In this document: piece by piece, positions 37,995 to 51,600 of the stretch
How the letters are laid out: each line of letters starts with the position of its first letter
Numbering within the stretch: the stretch's first letter is position 1
Assembly (NCBI GenBank): GCA_020536535.1
Contig: JAHLWZ010000733.1
Location: forward strand, 101,491 to 165,490
From: Pelomyxa schiedti
Lineage: Eukaryota; Protista; Evosea
DNA: 64,000 bases
Reading direction: 5' to 3'
Position numbers and translations under genes: made by a program
The notes under the pieces: model-generated
What the model saw: only the letters and a program-made list of their open reading frames with translations
What the model was told of the DNA's origin: nothing
Database searches by the model: none

Positions 37995-38456
37995 CGCAAA
38001 TGATCAGTCTTCAAAAGGCGATCTGACTGTTGATAAGATTAGTTGATGCTTGTTCCAGTCGTGGGCAGGTTAAGAGAATACTCTTCAAAGCCAAGCTTCC
38101 TTGTTGACTGACATTGAAGTACCCTGTAACTACATATTTTGACAGGACACAGTGCTCTTTGAATTGAGTATCATGTAATCCTCATATTGATTTATTCTAG
38201 ACACAGCCTGCTTATAAGGAAGATCCCACTTTCTCCTTGGAGATAGTTTGATTTAGGGGAAGTACCGTAACTGCAAGACAACAAACCGTTAAACTACAGA
38301 ACTTCCGGTTATTACAAATCCTCTTCAACAAGAGAATGGCAACGAAACGTCACCTAGCCATCGGAACGATAAGCGTAACTGCAGCGGTATCTGTTCCACT
38401 AAAGGCATGATCTCTTGTTGTTCAGGAAGAGAATCGCTGTTCTAAGCTTTGTTTAG

Positions 38457-41160
38457 ACCTTTCGGTGTACCGTATGCAGCCATAGGCTCAGAGATCCCGT
38501 CACTTTTCCCTGTTTCCACAGCATGTGCCTCGCTTGTGCTCAGAAACGAATCTCCGATTATCCTGCTCTCCCGGTGTGCGAGGTCTTGTGAGTTTTTTTT
38601 TTCGGTTCACATCAATATGGCAGTTGGGTTGCCCCGTGTGCAGCACGAAATTCGGCTCGGCGTCACCCACGGTGAATGTGAACCTGGCGGCTGTCATTGA
38701 CGGCGAAGACCTACTGCAACAACACCTTGCGAGAGGAAGTCATGGGACATCTGAGCCTAGCATCTGTGGTTTGTGTAAAAAGAGGCCAGCGCAATACCAG
38801 TGTGAAACTTGTGGGATGGTATTTCCTTTCTCTGTTAATTAGGGATAAGAAAATACATTATATCTTATACAATGTGTACATAGTATTGTACGAAGAAAGA
38901 ATTCACTTTCCTAAGCTCTGTGCGAAACACTTGAAGAAATTGCATGCAATGCAGGTATTTGAGTCACACGAAGCAGTTGAGTTGCAAATTGATTCAGAGG
39001 AACCTGCGATGATGGTATCACCAAAGTCCTGTGAAATATGCAATTGTGAAAAACGGAATTTGTTCTGCAAGCAGTGTAATGAAGTAATCTGTGCCAAGTG
39101 TGATATTATTGGTGCTGTATGTTTCTCGCTCTTTTTTTACACAATTGATTAAATAAACCACACGTGGAAAGTAACTCATTTTTTTTCCTAAATAGCACAG
39201 GCAACACGATTGTATCGACCTTTATGAGACAAGGAAGTTTTTTGTTTCTCAACTCAGTGCAAATGAAGTTTATCTCTCGAATCGCAAGGCAGAATTGATG
39301 GTTTCTTCCATTCCTATCTCTATTTGGCAACTCAATACTTTTTGCAAGGCCTTCAAGTCACAACTTGAAACACTAAACCGGGATATAGAAACTGAACAGA
39401 GGAACCAATGCCATGCCGTTAAAGAAAGGGTTTGTCACCTGAATGCTCCTACCTTTCCTCTGATGCTTAGCAAATCAAGATACACGAACTGCGTAAGTTA
39501 CTTAAAGATAAAGAGAATGAACTCTGCAGTTTCATTGAAATGAAACAGTACTCCAAACATTCCGACCTCATGCGTCAACTACACGTCATAGAGGATCAGC
39601 TTTCAGTAATAAATTGTGGGGTATGTGCCCAAGTTCAGTATACGGTCAACCTTTCTTTTTTTATGTCTAATTACAATTGCAGGTTTCGTGTATTGAGATT
39701 TCAAATCAAATAGTGGGTGAAGAAGACCCATTTGGATTTGTAAGCTTCAGGGTTCCTTCCATTCATGCAGCAGCTTCGATATCTCAGTTCCCAAGTACGA
39801 AAACATTGCCTCTAGTTGCCTCAGCACCACTTGAGGAATCACAACTTGACTGCAATGACCTTACCTCTGCCATCAAGGCCCTGAAGCTTCTTCCTTCGGG
39901 TTTTTCCCTCTACATATATATATTTCCACTGCCATCCCCACATGACTCACATACTGTAAAAATCAAAGATCCACCTTTTAAGCACTAAAATTCGCCTTCA
40001 CAGTTGATGCCAAACAAAGCAAGATTGTGAGACTTGATGCAGGGCCAGTATTCCGCTATGAAGAACCAGTCCTTTTTGCCACAATCCAAGCCTGTGATAA
40101 AAACGGAAAACCTTCCAAGATTACGTCGAGCATCATCTGTTCCTGCGTAGTATTTCTTTCACCCCTTATCCTTCCTTCCGTCATTCAATTCACCCAGCAG
40201 AAACACCTCCCCTTTTCCATACATACATTTTAACAGAAGAACATAGGGACCAGGGCCTGCCACAATTGAGATGCAACCAATACCAGAAAAAGAAAAACGA
40301 GGGCAACTAACAGTGACAATGTCACCAACAGGAATTGGGGAGCACACAGTCACTGTACAAGTCAACGACAAGCACATCGTTGGCTCTCCTCTTGTGGTTG
40401 AGGTTATCGATCCTAAAATGTATCAGAAAACCCAACCTACTTAAAACGTGTACAACCATTCCAATTTACCAAACCACCAGAGCATTCCCAGGAAGCAAGA
40501 TACTCACAACTCTGTTCCTCAATTGCAAACTGCACCACATAATTCTTGGTGCTGAGCAGGACATGGGACACCGAATGACCCACACAGCATGGCGGCTCCT
40601 GTGGCGTGGATCAGAACATGGATTCGGTGCTTCAAAGTTCCATAAGTTGTGCAACAAAATCGCACCAACGGTTTCGATTATCAGGACAGCATCAAAATGT
40701 GTGTACTGCCATTTCTTCCCTTTTCTTTTTATCTTATCTATCCTTTGATGGGTTACAACTGGGTACCATACATATGTATCTAAAAAATACTAAATTGTGC
40801 CTCCCAAAAATAGATGTATGTGGAGGATACACACCTCTCAAATTTAGCAACAGTGGGGAACACAAAGGGGGCTGTGGTGGGCGCAACTTCTTATTCAGCC
40901 TTGTGCGTGCGGGAGTCCCCAGCCCTCCCACAATCCTAAGGTGCAAGGAGCACACGACGTGCATATTCTGCTCGGCCGAGAGCGGGCCGGTCTTCGGCCA
41001 GGGCCTCCACGTGTGTGACAACAGTGACACGCAGGCACTGAGCTTCTCGGATTTGGCTACCCCGCCTAGTTGGGCCGGGGCGCCCCCACCGCAGTTCCTC
41101 GTTGGCTCACGTGGTCCCGGCTGGCTGGTGGAAGAAATCGAGGTATGGACACCAAACTGA
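38457..41160 (+). CDS. TRIM-like protein: RING, two B-boxes, coiled coil, filamin-type Ig repeat(s), TLDc
   Basis: CTVCSHRLRDPVTFPCFHSMCLAC...CPVC (RING); CGLC...CETC..LCAKH and CEIC...LFCKQCNEVICAKC (B-boxes); ATIQACDKNG...VQVNDKHIVGSP (filamin); WRLLWRGSEHGFGASKFHKLC...GGYT...GPVFG...VEEIEVW (TLDc). The true start lies upstream and is not resolved. Confidence 0.85.
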
Positions 41161-41515
41161 ATCCCGCAGTTCTCCCCTCTGGCACACCTCTCGCCAGCAA
41201 CCCAAACGAGATATTCCCGTTTCCCCTGCACATTGTCACTTGGGGATAGAGCAATTCACAACCGAGAGGGATACTTCAACCAATCAACATGAGCACAAAA
41301 AAAAAAAAAAAAAACATCTAAAAAAGGCACAAGTTTTGGTAGTAGTATCTACCCACCACCATCACAGGTTCCTGGTTTTACAACAAGTCAGAAAGCAGCA
41401 ACTGTGCCTGGCGCATCACACTTCACACAAGCCTCAGGCTGTCTGTTTTTGCAGAAAACCCAATTGACACAAACCACCCAACGAAGGGACATGCTGAAAA
41501 CAATTTTCATTTCCG

Positions 41516-42974
41516 ATGGGTGTTGTGGGTGCCGCATTGGTTCTGCTTGTGCTTGCGGTAGGGCCTGTATTATGGGTGGTGATGGAGACGATTAGAACAC
41601 GGCGTTCCAATCGCCGTGTCGTTCGAGCCCCTGGCTCAAAGTCGGGGTTGGTCCTGGGTCACGTGGATGGTTTCACACTGGAGCACGCCGAATTCACCGA
41701 GAAAATACCTTATGGGACACAGGCTCTTCTCTACATCAATTTGGAATTGGGTAAACTACTACTCAAGGTGTGGTTTTGAAAAACAAAAGAAATCAATTGT
41801 TTTTTTTAACTAAGTTATAGGAAAAACATGTCACTGTTGTGGAAGCAAGGTGGCCTGTGCAGGGTTCTCCATTAAAGAAGGGTGAACTGGCAGGGCTTCT
41901 TGCTTTGACTCATTCACAGTATCTCACATGAGGATTACATGTTTAGATGTCTAATGGGAACGCACAGGCACACATCCAGAGTAATTACTGATGCAACACC
42001 TCATGATCTTTGGATACAGTATGTCAAATTCCTTTGTGTTTCACCTGCAGCACAAGGACGCGGGCTTTCCCGTGAATTACTTGCATATGGGCTGGATGTC
42101 ACTAAACAAATCAGAAAGGTAATAACTAATTGGCAATTATTTATTATTGGCTCACTGCTCCCCAAATAGGACCCCGGCCTCACATGGTCCCTTATTGAGG
42201 ACACAAATTATGCATCTCTTGGGGCTTCTACTACAGTAGATGCGATGCTTGCTTGCAAGCTGAATTGCACTGGAATTTCCTGGAGAAAGCCACCTGTAGC
42301 TTGCTTTACATTTCTTACTTGGACTTAACCTTTCCAGAAATCACCTCATGTTAGCCTTCTCAGTGCCTCCGAGCGAAGTGCTATGGTAACACGTTTGGAA
42401 AACTTGTACTCTGAGCACTTCTGTGTGGAACCAGAAGAAACTCTCGACATGAATTCATATTATGTTTTCAAGAGGGAAGGACGCATCACTGCTGGAGTTC
42501 AAGCAAATATGTTCCCACTTCAGGTTTTGCATGTATGTTTGCCCAGTAATCATTCAAGCCCAAAACTAATAAACAACATGCGGCCAGTGCTGGACATTAC
42601 CCCTAGTATGGATTCTCTCCAAGCTGCCATTCTTGCAGCCAGTTGTTAAAGCGGGGATGAAGAGCCGAATGTTCACACTTGGGAATGTGTGGTGTGAGCC
42701 CGGATTTGAAGATGACGTTCTCCGCACAGTCCTTCACATCCAAGCGGTCAATGATTACTCTGGAGCACTCATGCACTGGGACAGGAGGAGTGAATTCTTC
42801 CGCCGCGTAGTGGGCTACTGGGAAAGCAGCATGAATAAACAGGGACTCTTTGGAAGACTGCTTGGCTACAGCATACCCACTATCTCAGTGATCATAAAGC
42901 CTCTCAACATGGATGACAAAGTCATTCAGGATGTCATCAAAAAACCCTGGCTTGGGTTTTGGCGTGGGCTGTGA
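41516..42974 (+). CDS. GNAT-fold acyltransferase with N-terminal transmembrane anchor
   Basis: Hydrophobic N-terminus (GVVGAALVLLVLAVGPVLWVV) and acyl-CoA motif A KFLCVSPAAQGRGLSRELL. Substrate unknown. Confidence 0.7.
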
Positions 42975-43053
42975 AAAAATAAAACAAAAAGTGTCCAAGA
43001 AAAAACCCTCGTATTCCGCATCGATCAAGGAATCTCCAAAATAGGGGAAAAAA

Positions 43054-45331
43054 ATGAGTTCGTACGGTGCCTCACCCATAACCGCCGTCAGTTGTTTCGT
43101 CCTTTCTCTGTTTTTATGCGCTGTGTATGCTGCATTGGGCTCTGATCCCGCAAATGGGTGCCTCGATGTTTCGCTCAACTCCCTTGACGGTAGTTCCCTG
43201 CGAGCGATTTTTTGACATTTACTCGTCGGGCACCTGTGAAACTACCACTAAAAATAGGGACTGAGACGCAGTCTCCAGAGTTGGGACTCACTGATAAACA
43301 GGCTGCAATATTGCGTTATTTTTCAGGCCTCACGTTTTTGAATGAGGGATGGAGTGGCTGGGAAGTGCACTTGGGAGATAACCCCCAATTGGACCTCACT
43401 TCTGTTAGATACCCTTTGGCATTTATGGGCTATGCAATAGGTATTAGCTGCACCAACACCCCACTTACTGTGGTTTTGGGAAGATAGTTTTTGTGCTAGC
43501 CAAGCCACTACACAATATATAGCTTGTTGATTTTACATTCCACTCATCACTGAAGGTATTGCGGCTGAAATGACACCAGCCTACTCAGAATTTGCTTCCC
43601 TTGCTCTTGAAGATATTATTTGGAGAGAAATTGATCCTGTGACGTGGTCATATATTGACCAATATTGGGCAGATACACCGTATTGTTTTTTCCTTTTTTT
43701 CTTCTATGTGACACTGCAATTAGATATTTCCCTGACCCAGTGGTAACCAAATTTTCCTAGAGGCTCTCCAAGTAAATGGCTCCCTTAGGTTCATGAAAAC
43801 ATCATGTATTCTGGGCACTTAGGTCAACTTATCGCTCTGTACGAGGCTATATCAGGAGACACCAAATTCACTGATCAAGGGTGGGACTTCATTTGGACAT
43901 GGGAAAATTCAACACAACAAGTGATGCACTATACTGCACCACAGTTGATGAAAGCGGTATTGTAGAAGCGTTCTTGTCTTGATATTGATTTGCAATCAAA
44001 GATGACCGATCAGATGGACTCTACAGTGGGTGATCCAAAAGACTCAGGCTGTGTGGCATGTGAGCCGGGTTGGTGGTAGAGCCCAAATTCCAGTTGTTTT
44101 GCGTTCCTAATTTTTCAACCAGTTACATTGTATGCAATGAACACCCGCACAATGCCTTTAATCTGTATGATGCATTTCATGGGTCGAATTACACCCACTC
44201 TGACTATAAGTGGCTAGATTTCCTCAAGAGGGTAACACCCTTTCCCGTCCTTCCCCAAACTTAGGAGTCCAAAGGAAGGTAGGGAAAATATCCCCATTTA
44301 TGATAGAACACGTTATCTGCATATGATGATGGATAAAAAACTGGGTCTTTGGGCTCCAATGGCAAGCCCCGGTAATGCAATGCACTCCTTGGAATTTCAT
44401 CTAAACATCAACAGGAAATGATGCCTGGGGGATCCCCTGGACAGCTGCATGGTCTCCTGACAGGGACTTCATCTGTGAAGGTAGGGAAATACTGCTCTAA
44501 AACTCAACCGAGTCCTCGATTTTAGGATACATCTCTATGCGGGATAGGGCATCGTGGTCCCCCGGAGATGTAAGGCCTTCATTTAAAAGTAATCACAGTA
44601 ACATGACTCACAGCTTGGGGGTGAACACATGGACGTTGACTTGAGCGGAACATGCATGCAGTTCAACACTTACATCGCCACATCGTTTTTCCCCACGGCA
44701 GAACACCTATGCTCTACAACGGAGAGAACAAAAACGAACTCCGCGTATGTGCTCCTCACCCTATTAATAACTTCTAAGAAGTAAGTACTTCAGGTATGAG
44801 TACTTTGAGTACAACTGCGGAACTCTGAATACAACAGCATTCGTCGATACCTTCGAAGACACGCGGTACTATTATGCTGTTGAAGACCCACAATACACAA
44901 TTTGGAGCACCGCAAATACCCTCACGGCCATGGTTACAATGCACAACGAATCGTTTTTTGGAAGCTACCACCAGCCACTGTTTTTCAGAACTATGGGACA
45001 ACCCAGACTGCTCCATGTGGACTACACTAAAGTAGCAGTTGTTACCGCGATCTACTCTGAACAAACTCTTCACTTTGTTCTAAAGCTGTATGTGATTCCA
45101 CAAACTTTCCAAATACCCAACACTGACACTTCTGATTTCAATTACAGATACTCAATGAGTATGGCACCATTTGATTGCCCAATTGAATGCTATGCACCAA
45201 ACTTTGGCTCTCTTGTGTGTACTGGGGAGACAATTACGGACTACACCTACTCCAACACAACTAGCATTCTGACATTCCACGCCACCCTTGATGGAAAGTA
45301 TTCCCTCAATTGTTATGTAAAAGCCTTCTAG
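43054..45331 (+). CDS. Linalool dehydratase/isomerase-family enzyme with signal peptide
   Basis: SVRYPLAFMGYA, TPAY, FPDPV, ENIMYSGHL..L..LYEAISGD, spliced ACEPGWCYIVCN.H...LYDAFHGSNY...KWLDFL. These parallel Ldi motifs YELAF, DPIEKENIMYKGHL, CEPDNYFVQCN and YDRLHG...WLDFI. Confidence 0.85.
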
Positions 45332-45412
45332 CAAAATATTTGGCTTTGTTTGGTGAAAATCAGACTTTTATTTTGGAATTTTTTCTTTTTTATTGGGTGT
45401 TTGGTGTACATA

Positions 45413-46738
45413 CTATAATGACATCGTTTGAGACTGTATGTAAGCAATCTCGGTAGTATTATAAGGTGTTCCATCTTGCCGGAAAATGTCATGGAACCAA
45501 AGAGGGGGTTCACTTGTATAAGTTGTACACCAGCTGTCCCAAGGCATGATTGTTTGTGTTTTTCCGTAGACAAACCCCCAGTTATGAGCCCCCACACTCT
45601 GTGATTTGAGCCAACCAAGAATAGGATCAAATGTACTTCCCTGAGGCCTTGCCATGTATTCAGTGCACACCATTGGCCGGCCGTATTTGGTCAAACTAGC
45701 CACGCGGGATTGCATTCCAGACAAGGAGTCATAATTATGGAAGGAGAGGATGTCAGATTGGTCAATCATAGCCTGAGCCAGCTGGTCCGGATTGTCCCAG
45801 TCTCCCCACCACAGGCCGGCTGTCAGGGGTTGGGTTGGTGTTGCATTCCTGGCTGCAGAGAATGCCAGGTTCAGAATTCCAAGGGATGCATCGGCCCGGT
45901 CGGTTGGATTATAGGCCTGGTAGGCCGGCTTATTGGGGTTGTCTGGTTCATTGAACAGGTCCCAGCCCCATACACGGGTGTCATCAGCAAAGCGGGATAC
46001 TACAGCGTAGATGTAGTCCCCAATTACACTATTCCACTGGGTTCTATCTTCCATGACAAGAAGTCCTGGGGATTGCACCCAACCAGAGTTGTGAACCCAT
46101 GGGAGGGGATCACGTTGCCTACATGACATAGGGAGAATGGTTAGCAATTGAGCATACTTCTCAAATAGTGATAAAAAAAGAATTATTATTAGTATTCTCA
46201 TACGTGCTGGGTTGTGGCCAAGGATCCCAGCAGCCATCCAATAAAACTAGCAGAGTTTCAATTTTGTGACTCTCAGCTACGTCAAGGAAGGCATCCACAC
46301 GTGCAAGGAATCCCTCTGGATCCTTTGTTCCCCAAATTGTAAGAATGAGAAAAGCCTCTAAAAAAAATTACTTGTGAGTATGCCAGATCATGCAAGAAAA
46401 CCCTGACACTGTTAAACCCCAGGCTACTAGCCCACCCCAATTCCCTATCAATTGTATCCAAGTCAAAAGTATCCTCCTATAAAAGAAAAAGGGGCTTAAA
46501 AAAAAAAACCAAACGCCGGGACCCATAATTAAGATGGAACCTGCCACATCTCCAGTTGATTTATCGCGGTGGACGGTATGAAGTTGCAACCGACACGCCA
46601 TTCCTGCCCCTGGGCCCATTCCACTGCCCTTTCTGTGGTCCATCTCGTGCCCGGGCTGTTGCTGTTGTGACTGTGACTGCACAAACAACCCAGAGATCCC
46701 ATAATCACCAACACGGCAGCACCAACAAGTCCCTTCAT
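45413..46738 (-). CDS. Secreted clan GH-A glycoside hydrolase (GH5-like, bacterial type)
   Basis: Signal peptide; RWTTERAVEW...GCNFIPSTAINQLEMWQ; acid/base WDLFNEPDN; nucleophile CTEYMAR; WGFVYGKTQTIMPWDSW; WFHDIFR.DGTPY. Confidence 0.88.
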
Positions 46739-46848
46739 CTTACCCCTTCCTCGACGGCGGTCAGGCCTGCCAAACGGTATTTGATGAAAAATTTTTAGAA
46801 AAAAACAAAAACGGAAAGAAAAAGAAGTCTGGAGGAAGCTTTTTTTTA

Positions 46849-48416
46849 CTAAGAGGACTTGGGGAGGGTGTTGAGGAATAATTTAACTTCAGGAGCCAGG
46901 TCGGCAAACACACCGGGAGTTAGGTCTGTTTGCATTCTGAATTCAAATGGCTTTCTTCCAAGGAGCAAGTCTCTATCTGAGGAACAATGAATAGGGTAAA
47001 ATTGTAGGTACGAGGAAACCGTTCTCCCACGTGAACATGCCAGTTCCTGCAAACTCAGCCAGTGGGTTGATTTCAACAACCCAGATTTGAAGATTTTGGA
47101 ACCTATGTTGGTGGTGAATATTTCAAATTGTTAATAGGAAGATGGACCTATCAGTGCGGCCGGGATATTCCCCTTCCCTAGGAACGCATAACACAAAGTC
47201 AATTACGTAGCTTGGAATGCTGATCTTGGGTTGAATTCTATTCCTATAATCCTCAGAAATGAATCGAACGATTTCCTCCCTCCGTGCGAGAAGCTTTGGG
47301 AAGAAAGCAAAACTGTAGCACATAAGATTACTTCAGTAAGAGGAAGAGGGTGTTACTTGTTGTACTGCGTCAATGCTGTGAACTGCCCATTGTGGACAAA
47401 ACCGCGGAACTCAAGGTCGGGGTCGAATGTACGGAACTCCCGGACTACCACCGAGAAATTTTCGGTAATTCTGCCCGATGAGTATTCCTGTAGATCGCCT
47501 TGCGTAGAATATAAGACAGAATAGGTTATATTTCGATGAGAAAATCACCTTGTATTCGATCACTCATGACAAGGAGTTTAATTCCTTCGGCAGCCCGGGA
47601 AAGTTTCATGGCATAAGTGGTTGCCCTGTAAATGGCACACAGCTGCCTGTTCTCTTTCATATCTGAAATCGTTAGAAAGAGGTAGTTTGAATTTGAAACT
47701 ACGTGGATATGGAGGTAATCCTGCTTCGTCATGCTCAACCCACTCCATTTCGTGGTTAAAGTGATTGATGAAATCTGGTGATTCCATTGGGGCATCCTTT
47801 GGACTTCGAGAGGAAAGTCTATTTTTTCAGTTAGAAAAGGTGATGTCAATGGGTTTATCACTACCTAATGAATATGAAAGGTACACCAAGTTCCGCTTTT
47901 GCTCGATCGATAGACTCCGCAAGTTGCATGAGTACACTATTGTTTTCCCATGTTACTGATCTATCAGCTTGCCATCTCTTGTGCTCTTCAACGAGCGCTG
48001 CAGCAGCCTTGTGTGGTATTTAGTTATTTCTTGCCACATAAAGCGTTTGGAGGACTCACTTCTCTTGGTAGAGGGACAAAGGTGGACCTGAAAGTAAATG
48101 AAGCTATCTGATCATAATACTTTTCCATGTAGGTTTCTTTTAACAGTAAGTTCCTCTTCCACAACCAGACAAGTACATAAAATGGGGAAAACAGATAAAA
48201 CTCTAACCTTCCATCAACTGTACATACAGGTAAGAGCATTAACAAAGAGAAAGAAAGAAATCACACAGTTTGGTAGTTGGTTCCATCGCAAATAAGTTGC
48301 ACAGGACGCGGTGGTTCCTTCGTAGCCTGTTTCCACCCATAATGTAAGTTCGACAACGTTCAAAGCACCGGGCTTATGCACACCGTTTTTTTCAGTTTGA
48401 CACTACTGAAGTCCAT
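46849..48416 (-). CDS. CDC123/R2K-clade ATP-grasp protein with N-terminal WH2/beta-thymosin-like motif
   Basis: Spliced MDFSSVKLKKTATKEPPRP...; FIFIRLSSRSPKDA; EFRGFVHNGQFTALTQYN; YVIDFV; IWVVEINPLAEFAGTCLFTW. Confidence 0.8.
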
Positions 48417-48629
48417 CTTCTCAGGTTGGTACGTTTGGTTTTTTTGCTCTGTTAAGAAGAAAGTTCCTTCTTAAGAGTCATCAAGGAGCTATTTTCCGCG
48501 TTGTTGTTTTTTGAAAACATCCATTCACAGGAACATCACCCGCTCGAACTTGGTTTTTTCCGGGATCACACCGAAGAACTAAGAGCGACTGTTTAAATTC
48601 TCCGCCTGCCTGTTCATTTTCGAAACGAA

Positions 48630-51600
48630 ATGTCGGCGCCGCCACCCCCGCCACCGCCCCCAGCCAAAACGACGAGGCAGGGAAGTAATGCCACCGCCTC
48701 CCTTGCTCCTGTGACATCGGCAACTTGCGCTCCTTCGAGTATGCCGGGGAGTAAGATCATTGGCCGTGTTGCTCAAGTGATGGCGTCTCTGGATCTGGAA
48801 TCTAAGTTTAAGTTGCTCTCTGGCCAGACCGCTTGGTCTACGAGAGCAGGTAACTCACACCCATCATTTTTTCCCTCTATCTCTCTTCGTCTCTTTCCTT
48901 CCCTCTGGCTGAATGGCTTAGTGACATGAAATGGGCGGGGGTGTGTCAAAATAGTTAGGGAGTCCTTCCCACAATTGAAGTTGGTGGATGGTTCATGTGG
49001 TGCGCGCGGGAGTGGGTGCCCCGATTACCCAAGTTGCTTACTTCCATGCCCGGCAGCCATGGCTTGCACTTGGGACCCTGAATTGGTCTATAAACTATGC
49101 AAGGTTTGCAACTGTGATTTATTATTTATAAATAACAACTGAATCACAACACGTGTGAAAATTTGAAGACAACGGGGATGGGGGAATCCTCATTGAACTT
49201 TCTAGTTCAAAAATGAACTAAATTGATACAGGTTCTTGGACACGAAACAAAGCTGAAAGGCTCACATATTGTTTTGTCTCCAATGGTTAATATGCAACGG
49301 CACCCACTCACTGGAAGGCATTTTGAGTGTTTTTCAGAGGACCCATTTCTGACTCATGTAATGGGTACCGCGTATGTGAAAGGAGTTCAATCTGAGGGTG
49401 TTGGGTGTTGCTTGAAGCATCTCGTATGCAATGACTGTGAATTTCAGAGGACAACAATGAGTTCTGTAGTGATTGACAGAGCTTTGAATGAGGTCTATCT
49501 TCTACCATTTAGGAGAGTTATCACTGATTCAAAGTACCTTTTACCCCCCTTCCTACTCTTCTCACATATTATGCAGCCCATGGTCACTCATGACATCCTA
49601 TAATAAGCTTAATGGAGTCTACACAAGTGAAAGCCCGCTTCTTGAAGATATTCTTCGGAATCAATGGCAATATGATGGACTGGTTGTGAGTGATTGGTAT
49701 GTAGATTTCACTTGACTTGTGTACTTTCACTGAAAAGTCTTCGTAGGGGTGGTGTTTACAGTCCCTCAGCACTTGTTACTGATCTCGTAGACCTTGAGAT
49801 GCCTGGTCCAGGAAAGTGGATGTCTCCCACCGCCGTCCAATATGCCTTCAAATCAGGACAACTGACAGAATCACTTCTGAACAAAAAAGTTGTGCGCCTC
49901 TTGACTGCCATGGATAGGGTTGGCTTATTGGCACACCCAGAAGTCATCACTGAATCCACCCAAGATAGAGAATCAGATAGACTGCTTTTGCGTAAGACTG
50001 CTGCCGAATCAATTGTCCTCTTGAAATATGATAACTCCTGCGCATTACCACTACAAGCTGGCAATATCTCGAAGTAAGCATTAAGTCTTTTTTCCAAATA
50101 CTTACTCTTACTCCAAGTAGAGGAATTGCTGTCATTGGTGAACCCGCATTGTACGGGCTCGAATGGGCTGTTGCAGTAGGAAGTTGTCAGTTATTCCCAC
50201 ACTATGTCGTTTCCCCTGTTGATGGTAGGAAAATATCTAGCTTATCTATCAACTAACCTATTGACAGCCATTTTCGAACACTGCAAGATGGCCCACGTAC
50301 CCGCATTCTATGAACCAGGTTGCATGTTCCACAATACGGTCCCCTGCATGCCCTCCTCCTGGTTGAGGCCCCAGGAAGACAGCACAACACATGGACTGCA
50401 TATCACTTACTTTAAAGACATCGAGATGACACAAGTGGCCCATTCTTCTATTTCTAGGCAGACGTATTGGAAGTGGACAAGGAACCAATTTCCAACCATT
50501 CCCCTTGCTTGCAGAATTGAGGCCGTTCTTTCCTCACCTTTCACAGGAACACACCACTTATTCCTGGAAGGATCGGGTATTAGAAAATTGTTCCTCAATA
50601 ACAACCTCCTTCTCCACAGTTCGTTAAAGTAAGGCTCCCACAAGGAATAGTTCATAACTGGTCAAAAGGAAAGCACCTGTCGTTCTCGAATTTGGGCATA
50701 TGTACAATCTCAGAATCGAGGTTGTTTCTACTGAAAGTGAACCGCGTGGCCTTTGGTCACTACAACTTGGATGTCTTCCCCCCCTGTCTGATGATCCCCT
50801 TCAATCTGCTGTTTCTGCTGCTCAGCGAGCAGATGTTGCCATTATTTTTGCGGGACTAGGCTGGTATAAAAACGAAGTTCGCTTATTCATCTAAGTCTAC
50901 TCTTAGCAATTTTGAAGGCGAAGGTCTGGACAGAACTCGCTACGAACTTCCCGGGAAACAAGATGAACTTATCTCGAAAGTAGCTGCTGTTAATCCAAAC
51001 ACCTTTGTTGTAGTTGTTGGAGGTGGTCCCGTTGACATGACCAAGTGGTGGAATAAAGTTCCAGCGATCTTCCATGTGATGAAAACTTTTCCTAATTCTG
51101 CATTGCTGATAATAAACCTTAGGCATGCTATCTTGGACAAGAATATGGCAACGCTATATCCGATGTTCTATTTGGTACTGTTAATCCATGTGGAAAACTA
51201 CCCTTTTCCATACCAATGTCTATAAGGGATACCCCAGCTTTTACCTCCTTTCCTGGAGAAAATTCAGAGGTATCCACTCCCATCCATATTCTTAACTTAA
51301 CTTTTTTCAGATATTATACTGTGAGGGTGAATTTATTGGTTATAGGTGGTATGATAAAAGAAGAATACAACCACTGTGTGCGTTTGGGAGTGGCTTGTCC
51401 TACACCCAATTCAAACTACAGTTCTGCCCCTAATTTGTCATTCCATCAAAGAATAATCTCTCTCCTTTCAGGAACCTGTTATACCCTGAGACTGTTGCTC
51501 AGAACAGCGCTTCTATCCCAATTTCTCTGGAAGTTCTCAATGTGGGCAAGTATGGTGGAAACCATGTTGTGCAAGTATACACCAAAATTCCTTCCTCGCG

